Shown here: piece after piece, positions 1 to 12,300 of the stretch | Position numbering within the stretch: position 1 is the stretch's first letter | Layout of the letters: each line of letters begins with the position of its first letter | Source of the DNA: Sphyrna mokarran | Taxonomy: Eukaryota | DNA length: 64,000 nucleotides | NCBI GenBank assembly: GCA_024679065.1 | Contig: JAGIQG010000004.1 | Span: 54,746,001-54,810,000 of the forward strand | Direction of reading: 5' to 3' | Notes under the pieces: generated by a model | The model's database searches: none | What the model saw: the letters and a program-made list of their open reading frames with translations, nothing else | What the model was told of the DNA's origin: nothing | Translations under genes and position numbers: made by a program

Positions 1-1060
1 CAATAGTTGGTCCATCTAAAAACTTTGGTACTCTTCCCAACAGCCTCACAGTCTGTCCAGCGTTGCTGCCAGCTCCTCCTGCATTTCCTGGCACTGTTGC
101 TGCATCACTGTTGCAACTGATCAAGAAGAGATCGCGGAGGCCAAGCATGTAGCCTGGGACCAGCTTTGTCTCGCCCCTGGCAGGCTGCGTGCCAGAGATT
201 TCGGACCTTCCCTCCTCCACCCAATGGCCATCAACAGACATATGGCATGCTCGACAGAGTGACCCAGATGCCTCACACTCACTTGACTCATCACAGAAAC
301 TCTCTGGGATGGTGAGTTGCAAGGTGAAAGCTGACGCGAAGCCGGTGCTGGCTTGGTGTTTTCATCATTGCTTTTAGTGAGGAATTGTCTGAGCTGTCTT
401 GAGAAGGATGGGTAGGAGCAGAGGGGGATATCAGTGCATCTGGCCCTGGTGCATCCCGTCCCTTCGTGCAACACAGTAGATGAGGTTAAGCACAAGGGAG
501 GGGCACGAATCTGGTTGCATGCAACTTAGTTCAGATATCTCCAACCAGTGGAGGATTAGCAGGTGCTCACTTCTCCGTTCCAGCCCAACCCGTCTGTTAT
601 ATTTGTTGTGGGTTCTCTTCTCTCCTGGTCCTCAAATGGAATGAGAACCTGACCTTCAGACACATCACCCACTGTCTTCACCCTCTCACAGTGGGTTTGG
701 TTGTTCTTCTCCTGTCGGGCCGAGTAAATTCCGATTGTAGGATCCTGCAAGGTGTCATGGGGTAGCCCCCAGGGGGAAAAGTTTGGTTAGAGTAGGGCCA
801 GAAGGAGGTGCTTGCAAGTTAGGGGCTGGACGTTTGCATTGTGCTGGGGGCGTGGGAGGGATCTGGAAGTCACTGAGTGGAGAGATACTAGGACCGGTTT
901 AACATTCATCCTTGGTGCCCAGATTATGTTGTTCAGTTTCTTCTGGCGCTGTTTCTGTCCTCCTTCCCAGTGCCCTCATGCTGATACATGCTGCCACCGC
1001 CTCCCAGGCTGTATTGCCATCCCTTCCCCTGGAATAGCATTCTGCTAGGGAGAAGGAGGG
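1..1060 (-). mobile_element. Decayed Harbinger/PIF-type DNA transposon remnant (Myb/SANT-like ORF fragments)
   Basis: Minus-strand translation of ~905-1010 gives AWEAVAACISMRALGRRT..(frameshift)..QRQKKLNNIIWAPR. ORF 556..750 gives QEKNNQTHCERVKTVGDVSEGQVLIPFEDQER. Both resemble the Myb_DNA-bind_5-like protein carried by Harbinger elements. Boundaries approximate. Confidence 0.6.
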
Positions 1061-1149
1061 GTGGGGTTTGAGACTCCGAATTGAGCTTCAGGCTGGCTGG
1101 CGGGTTAAATCCTGCCCACTACACCTCGTGGCTGGAAACGTTCTGGTCC

Positions 1150-2941
1150 ATTTTTCATTATCTAACTCCATCGGATTGGAAATAAAAACTTGCCCAAGAG
1201 ACGAGTCTGGAATTGTTCCATTTTCAAGCAAAATGGACATCAAATGCCAGAAATGTTGGAGAATGCAAGACGTAGTGAGAAGAAGAACTGAGAAAGTTAA
1301 TATTAGTCGAGAAACGGTGCTGGGAAAGATGATGTAATTGAAGGCAGATAAATCCCCAGGGCCTGATAATTTACTTCCCAGAGAACTTAAGCAAGCTTCT
1401 TTAGAAATAGTGGATACATTGGTGTTCATCTTTCAGGTTTATATAGACTCTTGAACAATCCCAGCAGATTGGAGGGAGTGAATGTCACTCCAATATTCAA
1501 AAGAAAGGCAGAGAGAAAACAGGGAATTATAGACCAGTAAGTTTAACATCGATAATTTTCGAATCCATTATCAAGGACTTTATATATCACAGCATTTAAA
1601 AAAAGCAGTGGCAGGATCAGATAGAGTCAGTATGGATTTATGAAAGGGAAATCATGCTTGACAAATCTGTTGGAGTTCTTTGAATATGTACCTTGACAGG
1701 AGGGAACCAGTCAATGTGATGTATTTGGACTTTCAGAAAGTGTTTGACAAAATCTAGCACAAGAGATTATCGTGTAAAGTTAAAGCACTTGGGATTTGGG
1801 AAGTGTGTTATGATGGATAGAAAATTGGTTGGCAGAAACGAATTAAAGTGTTGGAATTAATGGATGTTTTCAAATTGGCAGACAGTGGGATGTCACAGGA
1901 ATCGATGTTTGGACCATAGCTATTCACAATATATATATTAATGATTTGGATGCGGGAACAAAATGTAACATTTCAAAGTTTGCAGATGATACCAAGTTGA
2001 ATGAGAGGATGAATTGTGACGAGAAGTAGAATGACCTTCAGAATGACTTGGACAAGTTGATTGAGTGAGCTAATCAATGGCAGATGCAGTATAATTTGGA
2101 TACGTGTGGGGTTATTCACTTTGGAAGCAAAAACAAGAAGGCAGATTAGTACCTGACTGGCTGTACATTGAAAGAGGGGAGTGTGCAGCGGGGACCTGGG
2201 TGCTCTTCTACACTAGTCAATGAAGGTAAGCATTAGGTGCAGCAGTTAGTAAAGAAAGCAAATGGCATGTTGGCCTTCATTGCGAGAGTTTTCGAGTACA
2301 GGATCAGGGAATGTGTTGTTGCAATTATACTGCACACCTAGAGTACTCTGTGCACATTTGGTCATCTTTTCTAAGGAAGGAAGCTCTTGCTGTCGAAGAA
2401 TTGCAGCAAAGGTTTACCAGGCTGATTCTGGGAATGGCAGGATTGATGTATGACGAGAGATTGACGAGGTTAGAATTGTTTTGTTTGGACTTCAGACCAA
2501 TGAGATGTGTGTGGGGGAGGGGACGGGGTGAGAGGAGGGGGTTAGGGGGAGGGTTAGTACCTCATCGAGATTTATACAATTCCAACAGGATTAGACAGGC
2601 TAGGTGCAGAAAGGATATTCCCAATGATGGAGAATCTAGAAGTAGGGGTCTCAGTCAGAGGATTCAGAGTAGGCCATTTAGGATAGAAGTGAAGAGACAT
2701 TTCTGCACCCAAAGAGTGGGGAGCCTGTGGAATTAATTACCACAGGAAATAGTTGATGCCAAAACATTGAATGTTTCAAATCGTTGATGGACATTGCACT
2801 TGGGAAGTTTGGGATTCAAGGTTATGGGGAAAATCAGAATTAGACTACTGAGTTGAATAATCAGCCATGATTGCAATGAATCAGGAGCAGGCTCGAAGGG
2901 ACAAATAGCCTACTCCTGCTCTAATCTTCTATATTTCTATG
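1150..2941 (+). mobile_element. Old, 5'-truncated CR1-type LINE (RT region and 3' tail), many stops and frameshifts
   Basis: Recognisable motifs: KSPGPD, NYRPVSLTS, SQYGFMKGKSCLTNLLEFF, YLDFQKVFDK, KFADDTK, HLEYSVHIWS, QQRFTRLILGM, plus a typical CR1 3' tail. Confidence 0.9.
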
Positions 2942-3624
2942 ACACTTCAAATGCTTCTCGTAAAATTCAGCCCATGGAGCTTATTTGTTGTTTGGATGTT
3001 CACACTGTAGGGTATAGAATCTTGGGAGAGGGATCAGTGCGATCTTTCAAAGCGGAATTAGATATATTGCCAAGAAGGAGAAAATTTCATGACTTTGAGA
3101 AAGAGTGCAAAAGTAAGCCTAATTATCTTTCAAATCTTTGGCACTGTCGCAATAGAGTGCACGGCTTTTTTCATGTTGCAAGTTGCAACTCTTTACTCGG
3201 CCAAATGGATCCATGCAGATGTGTGCGACATAAACATATCTATAACTTTCTTTCAGTACTTCGATGGACAAATTCGTAGAATAAAGCTGCACTTCTTTCG
3301 CATCGCGCGTGCACTTCGATTATACGTCATGAGGCTATAACAAGGACATAAATTAACATGCAGCTTTTACAGTGTGAATCGCCAAAAAGGAGCACGAATC
3401 ATTGGTTTGTTAAATAATATATTTTTCTTGCGTTCACTTATCCAATTAACAATTGGAAGTGAGGCGTATATGAGCCGGTCTCATGCTGCTCTTTGTTGAG
3501 TTAATAATAGATATCTAAAAACATCGTTGATCGGCAATTTGGAACATCCTGTAGGTTACTATCAAACAGCCATCAAAACTCACATAAAAATTCTTATCTA
3601 CTTAAATTCTCAATGCTTTGGCAA

Positions 3625-3930
3625 CCTGGTTCAAATCTCACCAGGTAAATGGTAAAACTTGAATCCAATAAAACATGCAATGAAAATTCTGACGATATCA
3701 TGAAACAATTCTCATTAATCACCAAACCCCATCAGGTTCACTAATGTGAAAGGGCATTTGCCGGCCTTACCTGCTCTGGGCTACATGTAACTCCAGATCG
3801 ACAACAATGTGGCTGGTTCTCAGATATACTCTGAAATGGTCTGGCAAACCACTCAGTTCAAGAGAAATTAGGGATTTTGAATAAACACTGGCCAGCTAGC
3901 GAACCAACATCCCATTAATAAATACGAATA
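3625..3930 (+). mobile_element. tRNA-derived SINE, family A (degenerate)
   Basis: GGTTCAAATC B-box-like motif. Shares the core (ccatc..ggttcactaatg..ccttacctg..ctacatg..actccaga..aatgtgg) with the copies at ~6085, ~15730 and ~61020. Confidence 0.7.
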
Positions 3931-5147
3931 AAACACTCCGCCAAAGTTTCCAGAAAAGTATAATTATTCTTGCGCGACAGTTTATGTTACATCGACGTTC
4001 TATGTTACTTTTCATTTGTTACTCAGTCCCATATGAGCGTAGATGACCTCTCATCATTACATTGATGTCCTGGAACATTTCTGGTTCTGCTGAGATCTAA
4101 TGCAACAACATGTACGTTCTCAAACGTTGCTACATGCATGGGTCAGAAAGAAAAGGCTTCCTTATATTGGTGGTGCGTAGTGTTCAGCAGCATACACATT
4201 GTTGACCAAACTCGGATGGATTGATCTGAGCTGGAGAGCAACTGAGGAGGCAATCATTCATTCACAAACCGTAGAGTTAGCCCACTCAATGACGGTGGAG
4301 GGAAGGTGTGCGTGGGGCAGCAGAATGAGTATATTAGTAACACAATTAATGGTATCAAAACCACCACATGGTGGGAGGATTTGAGAAATTGGGGAATTAA
4401 TGTGAATATTTATTCATGGACTAAAGTTACATCACATAGATTGGCCTTTGAAGCATCAGAAGATGGATTGTGATTGATGGACATAACACCTGGCTGATTG
4501 CAGATGAAACGACGGTATAGGTGTTACGTCAACAGCAGAAATATTGCAATCGCTGCTTTACTTTGTGATCCCTGTGAGAATAACTGATAAGAACTGTGAT
4601 TGGTTTTGGGAAAGGCTTCCAGAGAATGAGATATCATTAAAAAATTAATTTAAACAAAGACTCGCGGTTGCAACCGTGTGGAATAGTCACCCTTGGAGAA
4701 TGGAAGGACGAGCCAGAGCCGGATTGAGGACTCCATCCCATGAAAGCATATATTAAAAAAATCTGGCGCAAATAAGGCGGTTGTCCTCACTTGCAGGAGG
4801 CATACTTTACGCAGAAGTCTTTTTTCTGATATCCCAGCAATGCTTAGATTGCCCTGTGATTCTTTTTTCTCAGTGTTGCTTTCTTTCACGGGAATTTCGT
4901 GTTCGCTTTTTACATGATCGTCGCAGGTTTAATCGAAGGTGTTCTGCACTATCACTAAACTTCTACATTATCCCGACAAATATAATCGTGCACCTCCGCA
5001 AATATCAATTCCGAATAAATGCATATACATTGGCGAAACAAGTTTCGATCTCTTCTGGGATGTACTAAGCTGTTAACATTGTTTGTGTGGCGCACAGACG
5101 ATACGATTCTAGTCCTCAATATGTACTCATAGTTGTCATTGATTAAG

Positions 5148-5980
5148 AAGTTGCAGAGCTGGGCCGAGAGGTGGCAAATGGAGTTTAATGTGGAAAAATG
5201 TGAGGTAATGCACTTTGGCAGGAACAATAAATGTGTAGAGTATAGGGCTAATGGTAGGGCTCTTAATAGTGTTGAGGAACAGAAGGATCTTGGTGTATGT
5301 GTCAATAGATCCCTGAAAGTAGGCAGTCAAGTGGATAAAGTTGTTAAGAAGGCATATGGAGTCTTAGCTTTTATTGGTAGGGGGATTGAATTTAGGAGCG
5401 CAGCATCATGTTGCAACTGTACAAAACTCTAGTGCGGCCGCACTTGGAGTATTGTGTGCAGTTCTGGTCGCCACATTATAAGAAAGATGTGGAGGCATTG
5501 GAGAGGGTACAGAGGAGGTTTACCAGGATGTTGCCTGGTATGGAGGGCAGGTCCTATGAAGAGAGGTTGAAGGATTTGAGGTTGTTTTCGTTAGAAAGGA
5601 GGCGGCTAAGAGGGGATCTTATTGAAGCATATAAGATGATTAGAGGTTTAGATAGGGTGGACAGTGATAGCCTTTTTCCTAGGATGGAGAAAGCTAGCAC
5701 GAGGGGACACAGCTTTAAATTAAGGGGTATGAGTTATAGGACGGATATCAGAGGTAGGTTCTTTACTCAAAGAGTGATTAGGGAGTGGAATGCCCTGCCT
5801 GCAGCTGTTGTAGATGCGCCAAGTTTGGTGGCGTTTAAGAGGTTAGTTGATAAGTATATGGAAGAGAAGGGAATGGTTTAGTTAGGAGGGGCATTGCTTT
5901 TTATTTTTGGTCGGCACAACATCGAAGGCCGAAGGGCCTGTTCTGTGCTGTATTGTTCTATGTTCTATGTTCTATGTTCT
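5148..5980 (+). mobile_element. Young CR1-type LINE 3' fragment (RT C-terminus and (TGTTCTA)n tail)
   Basis: ORFs 5133..5432 and 5408..5881 ([20 protein letters not shown]; RPHLEYCVQFWSP), ending in a tandem tgttcta tail. Highly similar to the minus-strand copy at 18566-19385. Confidence 0.95.
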
Positions 5981-6084
5981 CTTTGGAGTCTATCATTAGC
6001 GATCATGCTCGATGCCTTTGTCATGGACGACAAAGCCCCCTCGATCCTCCATACCCCTCTCCAAGTCCTTCCCTTCCACAACCG

Positions 6085-6432
6085 GGAGGCGGTGTTGGAA
6101 TGGTATTTTCACTGGTCGAGTAATCCGCAGACTCAGAATAATACTCCGGGGACCCGGATTTAAATCCAACTGGAGTAGATTGCGAGATTTGAATTCAATA
6201 AAATCTGGAATTAAAAAAAAAATCAGTGATGACCAGGAATCTACAATTCATTGTCGCAAACGCCGATCTGGTTCATTCGTTTCTTTCAGCCGAGAAATCT
6301 GTGGTCCATCCCTGGTCTTGTCCACATGTGACTGCAAACATTTACAAATATGGTTGACACTTAACTTGCCTCCGATGGGCAATAAATGCTTGTCCAGCCA
6401 GTGACTCTCACATCTCATGAATGAATAAAGAA
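6085..6432 (+). mobile_element. tRNA-derived SINE, family A
   Basis: Same core as the other family-A copies, ending in catgaatgaataaa. Confidence 0.75.
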
Positions 6433-6509
6433 AACATGAACGTATCGACAGTTCGAATTTGTTCTAAACACAAACATCGTGCATTCTTGCTTTAAAGCAA
6501 AACGGTTAT

Positions 6510-6788
6510 TAGTCACAAGTTGGCTTGCATTCACATTGCGATGGAGTTACGATGAAAATCCCTTAGTCACCACATACCGATGCATGTTCGGTTACAGCAA
6601 GGAGAATTTGGCATGGATAATTCACCCGATCTACACATCTTTGGACTGTGGGAGAAACCGGAGTAGCCGGCGGAAACCCACGCAGACACGGGGAGAATGT
6701 ACAAACTCCATGCAGACCTTAAGGCGGGAACCTGAGTCCCTGGCGCTGTGAGGCAGCAATTCTAACCACTGTGCCACGGTGCCGCCCG
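6510..6788 (-). mobile_element. HE1/V-SINE-like tRNA SINE
   Basis: Reverse complement begins GGGCGGCACCGTGGCACAGTGGTTAG, followed by the central GTGTCTGCGTGGGTTTCC..GGTTTCTCCCACAGTCCAAAGATGTG domain. Confidence 0.85.
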
Positions 6789-9329
6789 AGGTTTGTACAT
6801 CACGGCAATACTTTTTGCTGTCTCAGTTTTGAATACAATTGTTAATACATTGCATTCTGTTGGCCTACTTGATACTATTTGCTCATTTCCATTTCATTTT
6901 TGAGCAATTCCTTAAGTGAGTTGCACTTTTTTTTGATTGTGATATCCTTTCCATTTGGGTCCGTTTCGTTGGAGCGGTGAGAGACAAGGGCCAGCACCTG
7001 GATTAACCAAGCTGTCGATTATCAAATCCAGGCAGCGTGCAGTCGGTGGGGTCCTCTGTCCAGATTGTCTGCTCCACTACCGTACCTACTTTCGTTGTCA
7101 GATATCCCTGAAAGATAACACAACGTGCGCACAGACAGCACTGAGACCTTCTGCACTCTATGGGTACCGAGGGACTGATGTGTTATCCCTTTAACCATAT
7201 TATCTTTTCTTTGATGTCTGTTTATGTCGGTCCAATACCCCTCGAACGGGTTGCCTTTTAATTGATCTCTGAACATATTTATTTGATGAACGTAAAAGTA
7301 ACACACCACATTGCTGTTGGTGTCTTCAAACTTCTTTTTCATTTGGATGCAAATGTGGGTTCGTTCCTGCCATCATTTATTACCTTTGCCTTGCCTTCGA
7401 TCTCATAATCAGAATATCTTAAATTTTCGACTAAATACATTTTCATTGTTGCTTACTTTGTGTAGATATTTAACAACGGAAAAAAATGGTTGGCTGTTCC
7501 AATTTTATATCAAATTTTGCGCATTTGTTTGCTGCAATATTCGCCTTCCCGTTGCGGTGTGTAAGTGATCAAATGCCTTCATTTATCTCCGAATTATGAT
7601 AATGGTACCATATTGAGAGGCTGTAGTAGATACCAAGTGGAATCTTGTCATCCTTCAGAGCTCTCATCGATGCAAAAGCTTGCCGTCTTTGTTTTTATTC
7701 CGATTTAATCAAATCAAGTCCAATTCAGAGTCTCAACAAGTTAAGACATTCCAGATCCAAGCTGACAAGACAGGGCTCTCACGTCTTGTCTTGGGCTTGA
7801 TCCATATGATCCAAGCTGTTTGGAGTAGACATTGCTCCTTCATCAAGGCTTTATTTCATTTGCATCTTAGCCAAAAGACCGAAATGCCGCTGTTCAAAAT
7901 TGCTTCAAATGAAGCTAAAACGTAAGTTTAACCAAGCACAGCATGTCGATACTATACTTGATCTTCGGCAAAAGGCCCGTCTTTGAACACACAGTGCACA
8001 AAGGAGCATTAGTTAAATTTAAATTAATAATTTTAGATTAATTATCCACTAGCTATATTCATATCAATGATTTCAATTGCCCGCAGGGGGCCAATGCTGC
8101 GGAATTCGTCAGGGTCGATGACCAGCCACCTTGAACATTTTATCTGTTCATCGATGACCTTCACCTCACCATAAAGTTAGAAATAATAATGTTAGCTAAT
8201 GCTTGTTAAGTACTAATTTCTCTTCGCAATTCCTTATATAATGCAAGTCGATGGCCGTATGCAGCAAGGCCTCGAAAACATCCGTATATACACACTGCAC
8301 AGATTTCATATCAATGACAATCTTTCATATCAAAAAGGACAACGCCCTCGTTTTGAAATTTACTGGGACTTCCATCATTGAGCCCCCACCATTAAATTCG
8401 CAGATTATATGGTATGCTAATTTCTATTGCCCAGGAAAAAAATTTAATTAGACTTTTCATAAAAATGCAATTGCTATAACAATATGCCTGAGGTTAAGAA
8501 ATTAGAAACTGATTACTCGTCTCCCCAAAATCTTTTCCAGCGTAAACAATACCAATTGGCGCATGGTGGAATGCTCTGAGTGCGTGAACAATTGCATCGC
8601 CAACAATATATAGGAAGGTTCTATAGGACCAAGCAGCCAGCTGATTGATATAGTTGCAATATGTACTAGCTAGAAGCAATTTCATTTTATTTACAAAAAA
8701 TTGCCAAGACAGATTCGACTTAAAAGAGCAGGGAACACAGATGCGTGGGAAAAACATCACCTTGAGAAATATCACTCTTACTTTACCGATACTGATTCAA
8801 AATTTTGGATCTTGGTGCCTGGCACTGCCCAACGAGCAACCCCTTTGCTCCTAGGGACACCTCGGGGCCTTAATGACCTGAGAGCTGAGGACTAGCTCTG
8901 ATTCTCGCTGGAGAGAAGCTCTCCCGGCGAGGTTACAGAGGCAACTGAGCCCCGATAATAATGTCCGGAATCGTTAATTTAATGCAGCATATACTTACAT
9001 TTAATTTAAATGATTTATCGAGTGCTGGTATAATTGCCGGGATGTCGGGCGTAAATTTGATTTCCTAGCTCTCTCGAAATTTTATCTGCCCGCTCAGGCC
9101 ACCGGCTGGTGGTGCACAACGGCATGATGGCGTCTCAAGTGTTTTTTTATCAAGCCAAAAATGAGGTTCAATCCTTCATCTTGGATCTGATTTAGCTCTT
9201 CTGTTGAGAACATGAATTATATTTAATTGGTTTTTGGAGCAGGCAAGGAGTGGATTTTGTTTGTCTGGTTTACTCTGAGCATTAACTTTGCAACATTAAG
9301 GATGGAATAGAAACATAGAATGTAAAACA

Positions 9330-12300
9330 AAAACGAACGTATTAGCTTAAATGTTACCAACTGAAATACGTAAATATGGCAAGTTGCAATTCTTCACTGC
9401 TAACATATATCTTACAATTTTCATTACTTACAATTTAAAAAGTATCTCTCATAGACTTAAACTCCTCTTCAAAACCAAACAGCAAGCAATGCAGGCTGAG
9501 GTGCTGGTTGGTTGGCTGCCCGGCCTCAAAGCTTTGAAGACTTCTGCAGCTGCAGAGACAGAAAGACATCTGTCTTCTGACACTCAAGCAGCAGCCTCCA
9601 GAGAGAGACAAAGTTCTCTTGCTTCTTTCGAAGCGAAGCGGAACCCACCGGATTTTTTTTCACCCATAGCTGAATTTTAAATAACCCCAATCAAGAAAGA
9701 TTATATAAATCAGTTTCTTAAAGGTAGAGTATCACCTCACCTCCCCTTAAAAAAATGAACCAACAATGTGAAAAGATAGTTTAATTTTCAAAACGTCCAG
9801 ATTCATGCAATCAGTTCTCTAATCGAAACACGCCACATGCCAACATAACAATGGTATAGTCCAGTTCAGTTAATCTTTTCCAATATTGAATATTATTCTC
9901 CTTTCATCGAAGTCATGATAAAGTATCAGCAATAGCAATTTCTCTTCCGGACACATGCATAATTTTCAAATTAAATGACTAAAATAATAAATTCTATGTA
10001 TACAGTCTTGCATTCTTGTATTTAAATTTATCCAGAAACACCAATGGATTATTGTCAGTGAAGGCAATTGTCTCTAATGAATTGATGGCAATATAAATGT
10101 TAATAAGTTGCCATGCCAATGCCATGTTCAATGTTTCTTTTCCGCTGGCTACATATTTCTTTTGAGGATTATATAGCTTTCTAGAAAAAACACCCAATAG
10201 GCCTTTCTATCCTTTCATAGTCTTCTTCGAATAATACAGCACGAGTGCCCACATCACCATCATCAATGACCACCTGGAAGGGTTTTGCATAATTAGTGTT
10301 GCCAATACAGGCACAGTTTTCATTCTGTCAAATACCTACTGATCCTCAGCCATCCATAGAAAATTTCAGCGCTCTTTCAGCAGGGACGCAATTACATTGC
10401 TAAAACTTGGCACACGTTTCCTGTAATAATCACTTAAACCCAGGAATTGGATGCTTCCCTTCTCATCGACCGTTTTGAGAACTCCGCTATAACCTTTGTT
10501 CTTACGTTCTGTTAAGCTATCTATCTATCTATCCAACTTTATGTGTTAAGAATGTGAATTAGGCTTTTGCAAATGTAATCTGAGCCAAGTACACCACCAA
10601 GTCCACTTCTTGAAATCGATCAAACAATTCTTTTAGATGTCCAAGAGTTCCTTCCAATGAAAATGATCAGATCATCCATGCATACTGCACAATTGTGCAT
10701 GACCTTATTGGCCAGTCTTTGTAATTATACTGATGCATCCTCCATTCCAAAATGGCATGACTTTAAATTAGTATAGACGGTTTTCTGTCCTGTAGGCTGA
10801 AATCTCCTTCACTCTTCTGGATAATGGCACTTAACAGTATGCTTAAGTAAGGCAAGTTCAGGGATGTCATTCACTTGTCCCGTCCTTATAATGCAGTCTT
10901 ACAATCGAGGAATGGGATATAAATCTAACTACATATCTACATTTTGTTTCTATAGTTGACACACAATCATTGGGTATTATCTGGTTTTGTTATCATCACG
11001 ATGGGTGAGCCCGATTCACTGCAATGCACGACACTGATGTCTTTTTTAAAGCATTCTTTCAATCTGCTTTTGAACTTATGCCAACATTAATGGAATAAGT
11101 CTATATGGATGCTGTTTATTTGGGACAGCATTTCCTGTAACAATTACTTTAGTATTTCCTTGTTTATGCCCACATCTATTACCATGTGATTTCCTGACAC
11201 TTTGAGATCACCTTGATCTTTCCTGGGAACATCCCTTCATAGTACTTTTTATAAATTTTTAAGGCTCCCATATTTTTCAATCTACTTTGAGAAATGGAAA
11301 ATTCAGGATCTCTAGACGGCTTCTTTGCCCTAAGTCATAGCAGATGTTACATCTTCCTTCTGTTTACCTTTCCTATCAACATACCGTTTGATGATATTCA
11401 GATGGTACACTCCGTAAGTCTTCTTTCTATCTGGCATTCAAATCAAATAACTCACTCAATTTTCTCTGTAATTGATAACTCTCATGAAACCTTGTTTTTA
11501 ATGGTACCACTGGTCAGCGAGCACTGATAATAATATTAGTACTTTGCTCGCCGCTCGTAGGAATACTAAGATTTTTTGATTTATTATCAGTTTCCTATTC
11601 CATCACGTGCTGTGCCACTTTAAAATGTTGTCTAGCCAACTCACAAACGTTTGTGATTTTTTTTCCCCTAAAGTTTGACACATACTTCAAAAACGTGGTC
11701 TTAAAATGCTGTCTCATCAATTTCCCCTTTATCAACATAAATGCTTATTTTACCTCATGATCAAGAATTAAATCAAAGCTACTGAACTTATTTGAAATTA
11801 AACTTAAGGTTCATCCTGAATTGCATAAACTATAAATCGAATTCCTTCATTCCAATCCTCTGGATGGCCCTGACTCATGGCTCTCAGCATGGTCTTTAAA
11901 CTTTAATGACAGTGTTCCAATGCTTCCTGTGATTCTGGAGATATAGAATTGATTTAAATCTCTTTATCCCTGAGCGATGCATAATCTCACTGAATATCTT
12001 CAATTCAAAATTTGATCATTGATTTTTTTGGGGTAATCTAGATGTGGTAAAATATTAAAACCCATATAATCCTTTTAGCTGTAATATTACATAATAAAAT
12101 GGCGTCTAGAAATCTAGTAGCACATCCATTATGGTCAGGAAATATTAATTCCCAGTTTTCATTTCGTGAGGGAGTCCCACGCGATCAAATAGGACCCTCG
12201 TAAAATGTTCCTCAAATGCCAGAATGGGTATGGAGGTTTGATTACCACGTAAAATTTTTCTATTAACTGATATGTGTGGTAGGTATGAGCAAAATATAAC

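Noticed and set aside
3089-3340. Hydrophobic 83-aa ORF resembling a membrane peptide
   Set aside because: No convincing splice sites and no similarity to the cluster's TM exons.
7022-7115. Possible minus-strand exon after a ttatctttcag acceptor
   Set aside because: No recognisable protein similarity or partner exons.
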